A model generated the notes under the pieces. That model saw only the letters and a program-made list of their open reading frames with translations. It was not told the DNA's origin and ran no database searches. This document shows positions 35,586-45,047 of a stretch of DNA of 64,000 nucleotides, piece by piece; position 1 is the first letter of the stretch; every line of letters begins with the position of its first letter. The stretch comes from an uncultured Clostridia bacterium. Lineage in GTDB: Bacteria; Acidobacteriota; Aminicenantia; JAMOAD01. Where the stretch lies: NCBI GenBank assembly GCA_964634755.1, contig CAZWJH010000003.1, positions 2,328 to 66,327 of the forward strand. The letters run 5' to 3'. Made by a program: the position numbers and the translations under genes.

Positions 35586-36607
35586 TTACCAAGGTCTTTT
35601 AAAGAACTCCACAAAAAAGATAAGGTACAATATGCTTTTTATAAGAAGAAACAGAGAAAAACATCTTTCACGAATCAAATTTATATAAAAAGCAACAAAA
35701 TAAAGCAATGCACTCATTGTAATAAAAACTATTAAAAACCCTGAAAAACTTAGATTTGCCCCTATGTAAAATGATAACCCTTTTGAAAGAACAGAGCCAT
35801 AAACTATCATAATATGCGAAATATAAAGAAAAAGGCTTTCCCGTGAAGCCCTCATAAAAGCATTCATTTTTTGAGGAACCGTAGTACAGAATCTTTTACA
35901 TATTTCAAATAATAAAAGAATCTTTCCAATATCAGCAATTCTCTCAGCATAAGTACCTGAAACAAAAATCTGAACACTACAAAGAACAATTGAAAAAATC
36001 AAAAGCAAATTACTTTTCTTCTTCAAATATTTGGAGGATAAAACTCCCACAATAAAGTAAAGTGACCAAGGGAAAAAGGGGAATGGAGAAAGTTCGGAGG
36101 AAAAGAAATATTTGAAAAAGCTTTCCGTTATGTTAATCTTATAAAAAATAAGAAAAATATCAAAAATTCCCAAACTTAAAAGAACAGGTATAAAAGCACT
36201 TTTACTAATGAGCCACAAGATAGCAGAAAAGAGAAGAGAAAACCCTATTGTTTGCAAAATATCCATTTGAAGTAATTTTTCACCTACTCCCTTATCCCAT
36301 AACAAAGCAATCTTTTTCAAAGAAAAAAATGGCAGATGAAGGAAATAGCCTATTGAAATAATTCCTATATATTGAATTATTCTTGAAATTATTGCATCTT
36401 TATCTTTTTTTTTAGAGTGTAAAAAAAGAGAAATCCTGAAAGAAAGAGAAATCCCGGTGCTACAGCTCCATGGATATACTCATGAATTTTAAACCAAACA
36501 CCCATTTTCAAATCCTCTCTTAAAAGAGCTCTTAAAGTGTGTCCTTGAATCATTAAAAGAATTATAATCATCCGATAATAATCTATATAAACCAATCTCT
36601 TTTTCAT
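35586..36607 (-). pseudogene. acyltransferase-3 / DUF1624-like membrane protein gene split into 72-aa and 244-aa frames
   Basis: N-terminal fragment MKKRLVYIDYYRMIIILLMIQGHTL (36607-36389) and C-terminal membrane fragment (36320-35586) are in different frames. The C-terminal frame stays open upstream across a T9 homopolymer (about 36394-36402) into the N-terminal fragment. Could be an authentic frameshift or a homopolymer sequencing error. Confidence 0.4.
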
Positions 36608-37626
36608 CTTATCTTTCTTATTTGATAATTATATACTGCTCTGTTATGCTCTTTCAATGTTTTGCTAAAATAATGAGTTCCATCATTTTTTGAAACAAAG
36701 TATAAATATCTGGTATTTGCAGGATATATGGCAGCTTTAATTGAATCAATTCCAGGATTCGCAATAGGACCTGGGGGAAGGCCCTTGTAAAGATATGTAT
36801 TGTAGGGAGAGTTATATTTAATTTCTCTGTACCCTATCTTTCCCTTCCACTTCCCATCAACTCTTAAAGCATATATAAAAGTAGGATCACATTGAAGAAA
36901 CATTCCTTTTTTCAAACGATTGTGAAAAACTGAGCTTATTAAACTTCTTTCAGATCCCGAAAAGGTTTCTTTTTCTATCAAAGAGGCAAATGTCACTGTT
37001 TCATAAATGGAGAATTTATAATCGGGTGGCCTTTTATTCCACACAAGAAAAAATTTTGATCTAAAATTTTCTACAAACATACTCACAAGTTTTCTAATTT
37101 CGATTCCCTTTGAAAACTTGTAAGTATCGGGAAAGAGAAATCCCTCCAAACTCTTTGCATTGGGAGCCAAATCAGCAATAAAATATGTATTCTCTTTTAC
37201 AAATTTAAGAAAAGCATCTTTTCTAAAAATAGCTCTTTTCTCAAGATTTCCAGCTATATCAAAAATAGAATCTCCCTCTTTTATTGTAAAACTTACAAGA
37301 ATACCATATTCTGAAATCAATTTTTGAAGAACCTCCTTTATTGAAAGAGGTTTGTTAAACTTAAACTCCCCAGCATTTATTACTTTCTCTCTAAAATAAA
37401 ACTTGTAGGCAAGTTTAAAGATATCAGAACTTTTTATAACACCTTCCCTTTCCAAAATATTAGCTACTCTTGAAACAGAAGAGCCTTTATCTATCAAAAT
37501 AATTTTTTCTCCTGGAAATGCCTTAAATTTTGTATTAACTGCTTTATCAAAATAAAGGTAAAGTGTAATAGTTCCAACAACAATAAAAACAAATATAAAA
37601 TACAATAAAGCTTTAATTACTTTCAT
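36604..37626 (-). CDS. mltG: endolytic murein transglycosylase MltG (YceG family)
   Basis: N-terminal TM. YceG-like domain with the C-terminal DPTFIYA...KGLPPGPIANPG...YLYFV signature. Confidence 0.75.
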   Translation of the reverse strand: MKVIKALLYFIFVFIVVGTITLYLYFDKAVNTKFKAFPGEKIILIDKGSSVSRVANILEREGVIKSSDIFKLAYKFYFREKVINAGEFKFNKPLSIKEVLQKLISEYGILVSFTIKEGDSIFDIAGNLEKRAIFRKDAFLKFVKENTYFIADLAPNAKSLEGFLFPDTYKFSKGIEIRKLVSMFVENFRSKFFLVWNKRPPDYKFSIYETVTFASLIEKETFSGSERSLISSVFHNRLKKGMFLQCDPTFIYALRVDGKWKGKIGYREIKYNSPYNTYLYKGLPPGPIANPGIDSIKAAIYPANTRYLYFVSKNDGTHYFSKTLKEHNRAVYNYQIRKIR

Positions 37627-38043
37627 TTATTGACTCCAGATATGAGGATAGGATAAAAGAAGCTGCTATTGAATCCTTTTTACCCTTCATCTTTTTCTCC
37701 TTAAAACCATATTCCCTTAAAACAAATTCAGCCTCTTTTGTAGTAAATGTTTCATCATAAAGCTCAATCTTTATCTTGATTTTTTTGCTTAATATTCCCA
37801 CAAAATCTCTAACTTTTTTACTCATTTTGGATTCTTCTCTTTTTGAATTCAAAGGGTTTCCAAAAATAATTTTTACCACTTTTCTCTCCTCTATAAGTTT
37901 TTTTAAAAACAGAATATCCTCTTCAATATTTTTTCTCCTGTAATTTTTCAAGGGGAATGAAAACTTCCGCTCTTTATCTGATATTGCAAGTCCAAAAACT
38001 TTTTCTCCAAAATCAATAGCAAGAATTCTACCTCTGCTCATAC
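37613..38043 (-). CDS. ruvX: Holliday-junction resolvase-like RNase RuvX/YqgF
   Basis: ILAIDFGEKVFGLAISD N-terminal catalytic motif. About 143 aa from ATG 38043. The ORF track extension to 38152 overlaps ddl and is rejected. Confidence 0.75.
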
Positions 38044-39065
38044 CTCTGCAAACCCGATTGAATAAGAAGATCCAAAAGTCCGGAATATTTAATACCACTT
38101 TCTTCCCAGAGTCTCGGATACATACTAATAGAGGTAAAACCCGGTATAGCATTTACCTCATTTACATAAAAATTATTATCCTTATCCAAAAGAAAATCCA
38201 CCCGGGACATTCCGTAAAGTTCTAAAATTCTAAAAGAATCATAGGCTGCTTTCTGTATTTTTCTAACCAACTTTTCCGGAAGTTTTGCCGGAATTTTAAA
38301 CTTTGTCTTACCGAGCTTATATTTATCTTCATAATCATAAAATTCATTAAAAGGAATGACCTCTCCAGGCACTGAAACTCTTATTCCTTTTTTATCACTG
38401 AAAACTGAAACCTCTATTTCTCTTGCATTTTCAATCTCCTCCTCAATTAAAATTTTTTCAGAATATTTAAAAGCCTTTTTTATAGCAGAGGGAAGATTTT
38501 CGGTATTTTTTACCTTTGTAATACCTATGCTTGACCCTGAATTTGATGGTTTAACAAACACAGGAAACTTTAATGCCTCATATACACTATCCGTTATCCT
38601 CTGAGGCTCTGTCAAGATATCATTGTTTTTCCACAAAATTAGATAATCCGTTACTGGAATCCCATCAGCCTCTAAAATCTTCTTTGTCAAAACCTTGTCC
38701 ATAGTAACTGAAGCCCCAGCAACTCCTGCCCCTACAAATGGTATTTTTAAACTTTCAAAAATTCCCTGAACAGTACCATCCTCTCCATAAGGACCATGAA
38801 GAATGGGAAAGAAGATATCAACTAACTCAATAAAAGAGGAATTCCCCTTAAAAGCAATAAATGGGGCAGGTTCGTTTTTTCTTTTTTCTATGTTTTCAGG
38901 AGATTCCACCTCTGACCAAAAACCTTTTTTATCAATATAATATGAAAAAACTTCATATTTTTCCTTATCAAGATTCTTATAAACAGATTTTGCAGAAATT
39001 ATTGAAATTTCATGTTCGGGAGACATCCCTCCAAAAAGCAAACCTATTTTTATTTTATTCTTCAT
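38028..39065 (-). CDS. ddl: D-alanine--D-alanine ligase
   Basis: KIGLLFGGMSPEHEISIISAKSV N-terminus. ATP-grasp core. C-terminal RVDFLLDKDNNFYVNEVNAIPGFTSISMYPRLWE signature. Confidence 0.85.
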   Translation of the reverse strand: MKNKIKIGLLFGGMSPEHEISIISAKSVYKNLDKEKYEVFSYYIDKKGFWSEVESPENIEKRKNEPAPFIAFKGNSSFIELVDIFFPILHGPYGEDGTVQGIFESLKIPFVGAGVAGASVTMDKVLTKKILEADGIPVTDYLILWKNNDILTEPQRITDSVYEALKFPVFVKPSNSGSSIGITKVKNTENLPSAIKKAFKYSEKILIEEEIENAREIEVSVFSDKKGIRVSVPGEVIPFNEFYDYEDKYKLGKTKFKIPAKLPEKLVRKIQKAAYDSFRILELYGMSRVDFLLDKDNNFYVNEVNAIPGFTSISMYPRLWEESGIKYSGLLDLLIQSGLQRYEQR

Positions 39066-39068
39066 TTT

Positions 39069-39803
39069 TTATCTCCCTGAAAATTTCATAAGTATTGATT
39101 TTACAATACCTAAGTTATTATCAGAAAGTTTCTGAAACTCAATCCCAACTCTTATCCTTGTTCCATCTTTTATTGAATAAATTAGTTTTCCTGAAACTTC
39201 GGCCTCTCTCGAGCCTTCGGGTTTAAACCTTATAATACTTAAATCCATCCCTGGTTCAAAAAGTTTTTCTTTTATCTGCATTTCCTTTTCCGTTCTAATA
39301 TCAATAATTCTCTCCACATACATACCCATACCTAATGAAGTTAAATCATTAATATCGCCAGAAAAACCTATACCTCCTCCTACTCCTGAAATAACCTTGA
39401 CCATAAACCGCGCTCTTTTCGGTATTTTAACTCTTTTCTCCCTTCTTCTTTCATTATCTCTTATAATAGAAGGGAAAGTTGATATAATAATTCCTGTTTC
39501 CTCTTTATAAGAAATTACCTTTGTTTCAAATTTATAACGATTTCCCATTGTTTCATATTCAATTGTTATTTTTGCTCCTTCTTTCTCAGGAAATACTGAA
39601 ATCGCTTTGAAAGCAATTCTTTTTCTCATTTCTCCTATTTTCTTTAAAACAAGAGGAACATTCTTTCCATAATTACCGCTTTTAAAATAAAGAGTTGTCC
39701 CATTTTTTAACAAACGAGAGAGATGTTCAGCTATTTCTTCTGTCTTTATAATATCATTTTTTGATGTCGAAACACTCTTTTTAAAAATATCAAAAACTCC
39801 CAT
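39069..39803 (-). CDS. PilZ-domain c-di-GMP-binding protein (YcgR-like N-terminal domain + PilZ)
   Basis: RRREKRV (RxxxR) followed by D-x-S-x-G-like GDINDLTSLGMG in the C-terminal half. N-terminal beta-barrel-like domain. 244 aa. Confidence 0.45.
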   Translation of the reverse strand: MGVFDIFKKSVSTSKNDIIKTEEIAEHLSRLLKNGTTLYFKSGNYGKNVPLVLKKIGEMRKRIAFKAISVFPEKEGAKITIEYETMGNRYKFETKVISYKEETGIIISTFPSIIRDNERRREKRVKIPKRARFMVKVISGVGGGIGFSGDINDLTSLGMGMYVERIIDIRTEKEMQIKEKLFEPGMDLSIIRFKPEGSREAEVSGKLIYSIKDGTRIRVGIEFQKLSDNNLGIVKSILMKFSGR

Positions 39804-39865
39804 GCCTTAACCTCGAAAAAATAATAACATATATAAAAAGGCTTGGCAACTAATTTTTACCTACT

Positions 39866-41176
39866 CTAAAGCCTAATATTAATATTAGCTTTTCTGTTTT
39901 GACCATTCCAGAATATTCTGAAAACAAAATTAGGTCTTTTTCTTATTTTTCTTTCCCTTATCCACTCATACCATTCAAGATATTTCTGCTTAGCCTTGAC
40001 AAAATTATCATTATAAAAGTCCAAATCCTTAACTATTTCCTCATCCTCCGTATTACCAATTACTCTCTCTTCGAAAAACTTTATTTCTTTAGAATATACA
40101 TTTATTCGCTCCTCAAAATCCTTTAAAGTTTCTCTGTAAAGCTTCTCATGAGTCCACCAGTATGTTTCATCATCACAATAAGAGTCAGGTTTCTTTTCCA
40201 AAATCGGAAGACTTCCAAAGGGAACAGGATTGAAAATAGCAGTGCAGGGAGAAGATGTTGCCGTTGTCCAAACTCTTGTGGTATTAGTTCTATTTTCAAC
40301 AATCAAAGAGCCAACTGTTTGAGTAGCATTTCTGGTTATTATATTTCCTCCGTGAGCACAGATATAATCAGCTAAAATATGGGAATCAGGACTATATTTT
40401 ACATCGCTATGATCTCTTAATATTGAAAAAGCATCTTCAAGTTTAAACCTCTTATATCTACTTTTCAAAAGAGAGGAAGCTCTTAACCATCTTAAATATG
40501 AGCCTGAAAATTTTGTAAAAAGAAAATCCGAAAAAGCTTTTGAAAAATTAAATTCTTCTCCCTTTTTAATCCATCTCTTTTTCACTGCAAAATTTATTGC
40601 TTCAGGATGAATTTTATCAAACTCCTCTTCAATAGTAAGCCTGTTTGATATTGCATAAAAATCTTTTACTTCTTTGTAAACCCAAAACTCTCCGGCTGTT
40701 TCAAGCACAAAAGTTTTTTCTCTATCAGCTATCAAAAAACTATTATGATAGCTCATTCTCTTATCTTCAAACCCACATATTCCCCCCTGTCCATAATCGT
40801 TTAGAAGTTTTAAAATCATATCAACTGCTTCTTCGGCAGTCCCTCCTCTTTCAAGAGCGAGCCTCAAGATATCCATTCCTGTTAAAACACCTTTCTTTAT
40901 ATACGGCATTTTCGTAAAAACAGCTTCATTCCCAATCACAACACCTTTTTCATTCACCCCCATCTCAGCTCCCCACATCCAGAATGGTCTGCTTATTATT
41001 ACTCCAAAAGTCTCTTCTGCTTGCTCTATTTCAATGTATGTTGTCTTTAGCTTTTCTCCTTCTTTATATGCTCTTGGCGAATAATATTCTATGATTTGAG
41101 CCTCATTGGATTCTCTATCACTATTTTTTCCGAAAAATATTTTCCCATCTTTTTTTAATACAAAAGTATCACACAT
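39866..41176 (-). CDS. C69-family dipeptidase (Ntn-hydrolase, N-terminal Cys nucleophile)
   Basis: Protein begins MCDTFVLKKDG... with Cys2 as in C69 dipeptidases. About 436 aa. Confidence 0.65.
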   Translation of the reverse strand: MCDTFVLKKDGKIFFGKNSDRESNEAQIIEYYSPRAYKEGEKLKTTYIEIEQAEETFGVIISRPFWMWGAEMGVNEKGVVIGNEAVFTKMPYIKKGVLTGMDILRLALERGGTAEEAVDMILKLLNDYGQGGICGFEDKRMSYHNSFLIADREKTFVLETAGEFWVYKEVKDFYAISNRLTIEEEFDKIHPEAINFAVKKRWIKKGEEFNFSKAFSDFLFTKFSGSYLRWLRASSLLKSRYKRFKLEDAFSILRDHSDVKYSPDSHILADYICAHGGNIITRNATQTVGSLIVENRTNTTRVWTTATSSPCTAIFNPVPFGSLPILEKKPDSYCDDETYWWTHEKLYRETLKDFEERINVYSKEIKFFEERVIGNTEDEEIVKDLDFYNDNFVKAKQKYLEWYEWIRERKIRKRPNFVFRIFWNGQNRKANINIRL

Positions 41177-41178
41177 TT

Positions 41179-42087
41179 TTACCTCTCTATTTTTCCGGGA
41201 AGGATAAACTCATACCTTTTCCGAAAAACTTTTGTTTTTAAAAATCTGTCCAATTTTCTAAAAGAGAGAAAAAGAGTCCATATGAGTTTATCCTCTTTAT
41301 AGTATTTATCCACATCTTTTCTCGTTATTTTCTCCAGATTTTCCGATAAATTTGAATTTATTATTTCAATCGTCATTGAAATCAGATCTTCCCTCTTTTC
41401 TTTGTAAAGATTTGCAGCAAAATCCATGTAAACCAATCTTTCATCATAATATCTGTTCATAACATCATCGAGAAAAAAGAGTTTTAAAATCCATCTCAAA
41501 AATCCCGGAGCACTCTTTAAGAGGGGCTCCGGATCCATCTGCTCAACACCATTTAATCTGAAAAGCGGAGTACTTGTATCTATAAAGTAAATATCGTTGC
41601 CCACTAAAACCCAATTTGAAAGCTGACCGTCTATTGAAAGTTCAATTTTCTCCTTATTTTTCTTATTAAAATCCCACACCTTTTTTACTTCAAAGACTAT
41701 TCTTTCAAAAAATTCCTTTATCGCTTCTTTTTTCATATCCGAAATAATCTTATTGCCTATTGAATTTGAAGGAAGTTCTTTTTGAGCAATATAAAGGGAT
41801 ACTGGAATTCTTCCAATATCAACGATAAAAGTTTCATCATCCGGAAGTTTTATTCCGGCTTCTTTTAGAAAATTGCAATACTTTTTATACTTTTCCTCGT
41901 AATCCAAAGCCTCCTCTTTTGCATTAAAAAGAGGTAATCTTTTTAATGCAAAACCTTCTAATCCCGGAATTTTAAATATTATGGATATTTCACCATATCC
42001 TATTATTTCAGGCTTTATCCCGGAATTTTCCGGATTGTGGGAGACCAAACTCTTTTCAAACTCTTTCAATACTTTAATCTTGTCCAC
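41179..42087 (-). CDS. hypothetical protein, possibly kinase-like (APH/choline-kinase fold)
   Basis: ISIIFKIPGLEGFALKRL (Gly-rich loop + Lys) and a D..N....IDT-like segment (NDIYFIDTS). Weak assignment. Confidence 0.3.
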   Translation of the reverse strand: MDKIKVLKEFEKSLVSHNPENSGIKPEIIGYGEISIIFKIPGLEGFALKRLPLFNAKEEALDYEEKYKKYCNFLKEAGIKLPDDETFIVDIGRIPVSLYIAQKELPSNSIGNKIISDMKKEAIKEFFERIVFEVKKVWDFNKKNKEKIELSIDGQLSNWVLVGNDIYFIDTSTPLFRLNGVEQMDPEPLLKSAPGFLRWILKLFFLDDVMNRYYDERLVYMDFAANLYKEKREDLISMTIEIINSNLSENLEKITRKDVDKYYKEDKLIWTLFLSFRKLDRFLKTKVFRKRYEFILPGKIER

Positions 42088-42096
42088 AAAATACCT

Positions 42097-43371
42097 CTAA
42101 ATAATTTTTAAAAGATATCTCAAATACTTTGCCTTTTTAACGGCTTTCTTTAATAATTCAAAAGCAAGTTTTATTTCATCCTCAGAAATTGTAAGAGGAG
42201 GTAAAAGCTGAGCAATTGATTTGTCATTGTTAGCGTAAACCAAAAGTACTCCCTTATCGTAAGCAGATTTGGTAAGAGCAGGTCCCGAATATTTATCGTA
42301 AAGTTCAAGTCCCATCATCAAGCCCAATCTCCTTAAACTCTTTACAAATTTAGGTTCAGCTCTTTTCAATTCATTAAAATAAAGTGAAAAAAGCTCGGAC
42401 TTTCTATTAACAGATTTTAAAAAATTCTCATTAGATACTATCTCAAGTACCCTTTTTGCAACAATAGCTGCCGGCTCAGCTCCTCCGAAAGTTGAAATAT
42501 GAACAAAAGGATCTTTCTTAAATACTTTTTCAAGCTCTCTTCTTATAACAGTAGCTGTAATAGGATAAATACCACCCGACAGTCCTTTGCCCAGAACAAC
42601 AATATCAGGAACAACATTAAAATGCTGAAAAGCCCAGAGTTTACCAGTCCTTCCAAGGCCTGTCTGCACTTCATCAAGAATCAAAAGTGCACCTTTTCTT
42701 TCGCAAATTCTTTTTACTTTCCTAAAATAATCCTTGTCAGCAATTGGCATCCCAAGTGTAGCAGGAATTGTTTCAAGAATAACTGCTGCGGTTCTCCTGT
42801 CAACACTCTCTTCCACGGCTTTTATGGCATTAAACTTTATCTGAATAAAATCAGATGATGATGAACAGAAAGGCTTTCTGTACTTCGGATCCCCAGCGGC
42901 AAGTGCAAGGCCCGTATGTCCGTGATAGCCACCTTTTGCTGATATTATCTTTCTTCTTCCTGTAAACCCTCTTGCTATCTTTATTGCAGTATCAATTGCT
43001 TCCCCTCCGCTAACTCCGAAAATAACATAATCAAGATCTTCCGGCATAAGATAAGCAATGTATTCGGCAAGCTCCGCTCTCGCTCGGCTTATCAAATGGT
43101 GATTGCCTATATCATAATTTTCAATTGACTCTTTCAATATTTCAATAAGCTCTCTGTTTCTATGTCCCAAATTAAAAACTCCACCATTGCAATGAAGATT
43201 TAAAAGCCTTTTTTTACCCTCAATGTCCCAGATAAAACTCCCTTCCCTTTTTCCCATAACAAAGCTCATTCCATATTTTTTGTAAAATCTTACCTTGGAC
43301 GAGGAAACATGTTTTTTGTATTTTTCTATAATTTCCTTTTTTAAATTTCTTCTTTCTCTTTTCAAATTCAT
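42097..43371 (-). CDS. class-III PLP-dependent aminotransferase (acetylornithine/omega-aminotransferase family)
   Basis: LILDEVQTGLGRTGKLWAFQHFNVVPDIVVLGKGLSGG contains the PLP-binding Lys box diagnostic of class-III aminotransferases. Confidence 0.75.
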   Translation of the reverse strand: MNLKRERRNLKKEIIEKYKKHVSSSKVRFYKKYGMSFVMGKREGSFIWDIEGKKRLLNLHCNGGVFNLGHRNRELIEILKESIENYDIGNHHLISRARAELAEYIAYLMPEDLDYVIFGVSGGEAIDTAIKIARGFTGRRKIISAKGGYHGHTGLALAAGDPKYRKPFCSSSSDFIQIKFNAIKAVEESVDRRTAAVILETIPATLGMPIADKDYFRKVKRICERKGALLILDEVQTGLGRTGKLWAFQHFNVVPDIVVLGKGLSGGIYPITATVIRRELEKVFKKDPFVHISTFGGAEPAAIVAKRVLEIVSNENFLKSVNRKSELFSLYFNELKRAEPKFVKSLRRLGLMMGLELYDKYSGPALTKSAYDKGVLLVYANNDKSIAQLLPPLTISEDEIKLAFELLKKAVKKAKYLRYLLKII

Positions 43372-43467
43372 CTCCGATATTTTTAAATTCTATAAGAAAG
43401 ACAGTGAATAATCAAGTCAAATTAAAGTTTCTTTAGATTTGTGATAATATAAAACGAGGTTAATAAA

Positions 43468-44094
43468 ATGGGGAAAAAAGAGATTTTTTTGATAAGACAT
43501 GGTGAGACAGAATCAAACAAAAAGGGGATATTCAGAGGAAGGCTTGATATTCCTCTTTCGGAGACAGGAAGAGAGCAGGCAAAATTCACAAAAGACTATT
43601 TTAACTCTATAAACATTGAAGCTGTTCTTTCAAGCCCTCTTATAAGAGCTGTTGAAACAGCAAAAATAATATTTCCAGAAAAAGAAATTATAATTGATGA
43701 GAGATTAAATAATCTTGATCTCGGAAGCTGGAGTGGAATTGAAAAAGAAAAGATAAAAATGGAAAATCCTCAAATGTGGAAACTCTGGACAGAAACTCCG
43801 GAAAAGATAGTATTCCCCGCAGGTGAAAGTATTTGGGATGTTTACAAAAGAGTCTGCAATCTTCTTGAATCCATAAAAACAATGACATATGAAAAGATTT
43901 CTCTTATCTCACATAGATCTGTTTTAAAAACACTAATAGCCTGCGCAGTGGGGCTCAAAAATGATTTTTTCTGGAAATTCCATCTTGATAATGCCTCAGT
44001 GTCAACACTAATTTATGATCAAAAAAGAGGATATGTCCTTTACAAATTGAATGATACATCACATCTGAAGTCTTTTGTAACAGAGTGGTTTTAA
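43468..44094 (+). CDS. histidine phosphatase family protein (phosphoglycerate mutase-like)
   Basis: IFLIRHGETESNKKGIFRG (RHGE catalytic motif). 208 aa. Confidence 0.75.
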   Translation: MGKKEIFLIRHGETESNKKGIFRGRLDIPLSETGREQAKFTKDYFNSINIEAVLSSPLIRAVETAKIIFPEKEIIIDERLNNLDLGSWSGIEKEKIKMENPQMWKLWTETPEKIVFPAGESIWDVYKRVCNLLESIKTMTYEKISLISHRSVLKTLIACAVGLKNDFFWKFHLDNASVSTLIYDQKRGYVLYKLNDTSHLKSFVTEWF

Positions 44095-44966
44095 TGGAAG
44101 AATACATAAAAAAGTTTTTAAATTATCTTAAATACGAGAAAAACTCATCCGAGCATACTATAAAAAATTATGGAATGGATTTAAGTCAGTTTTTAGAATA
44201 TACAGACAAAAAAAAGATAGATGAAATTACCCCTCTTGATATAAGGGGATTTATAGTGCTTTTGTCAGAAAAGGGAGAAAAAAAGACTTCAATATCAAGG
44301 AAAATTTCAGCATTAAGGTCTTTCTTCAAATACCTTTTAAAAGAAAGAATTATAAAATCAAACCCTGCCGAATCAGTCCCTCTTCCAAAACTTGATAAAC
44401 CTCTTCCAAAGTTTCTGACAATAACAGAAGTTAATGAACTTTTGGAGGAAAAGGAGAAAGATAAAGATAATTTTACAAAAATAAGAGATGATGCTATTTT
44501 GGAACTACTCTATGCTACAGGAATAAGAATTTCTGAACTCGTTTCTTTAAATCTGGAAGATATAAACTTCAAAGAACAGCTTATAAGAGTAAAAGGGAAA
44601 GGGAAAAAAGAGAGAATAGTACCCTTCGGAGATATTGCAAAAAAAAAGGTAAAAGAATATATTAGGAACAGAGAGGAGAAAAGGCCGAAAACTTCAGCGG
44701 TTTTTATAAATAGATTCGGAAAAAGGCTCTCTCAAAGATATATTCAAATGATGCTTAAAAAGCATCTTTTGTTAAAAGGCCTCACTAAAGATATTACCCC
44801 CCACTCATTAAGACACTCATTTGCAACTCATCTGCTTTCAATGGGAGCAGATTTAAGAACCATTCAGGAACTTCTGGGACATGTATCACTTAATACAACT
44901 CAAAGGTACACACACCTTAATTTAAAACAGCTTATTGATGAATACAATAAAGTAAAGCCACGATAA
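44094..44966 (+). CDS. tyrosine site-specific recombinase, XerC/XerD family
   Basis: N-terminal SAM-like core-binding domain. C-terminal HSLRHSFATHLLSMGADLRTIQELLGHVSLNTTQRYTH with catalytic R..H..R..Y residues. Start codon overlaps the upstream stop (TAATGG). Confidence 0.8.
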   Translation: MEEYIKKFLNYLKYEKNSSEHTIKNYGMDLSQFLEYTDKKKIDEITPLDIRGFIVLLSEKGEKKTSISRKISALRSFFKYLLKERIIKSNPAESVPLPKLDKPLPKFLTITEVNELLEEKEKDKDNFTKIRDDAILELLYATGIRISELVSLNLEDINFKEQLIRVKGKGKKERIVPFGDIAKKKVKEYIRNREEKRPKTSAVFINRFGKRLSQRYIQMMLKKHLLLKGLTKDITPHSLRHSFATHLLSMGADLRTIQELLGHVSLNTTQRYTHLNLKQLIDEYNKVKPR

Positions 44967-45047
44967 TTTCTTAAAAGTTAACCAAGATGGAACAAAAATA
45001 GCTTCTGACCGTAATACTTTTACTAATTTTAATTTTCAGGAGGCATT

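Noticed and set aside
38044-38152. Upstream extension of ruvX overlapping ddl by over 100 nt
   Set aside because: RuvX proteins start near the ILAIDFG motif. ATG 38043 gives a normal 143-aa protein with only a short overlap.
44094-44966. Tyrosine recombinase as a phage or integron integrase
   Set aside because: Size (293 aa), two-domain XerC/D architecture and neighbours (phosphatase, aminotransferase) fit chromosomal dimer-resolution Xer. No attachment-site repeats or phage genes nearby.
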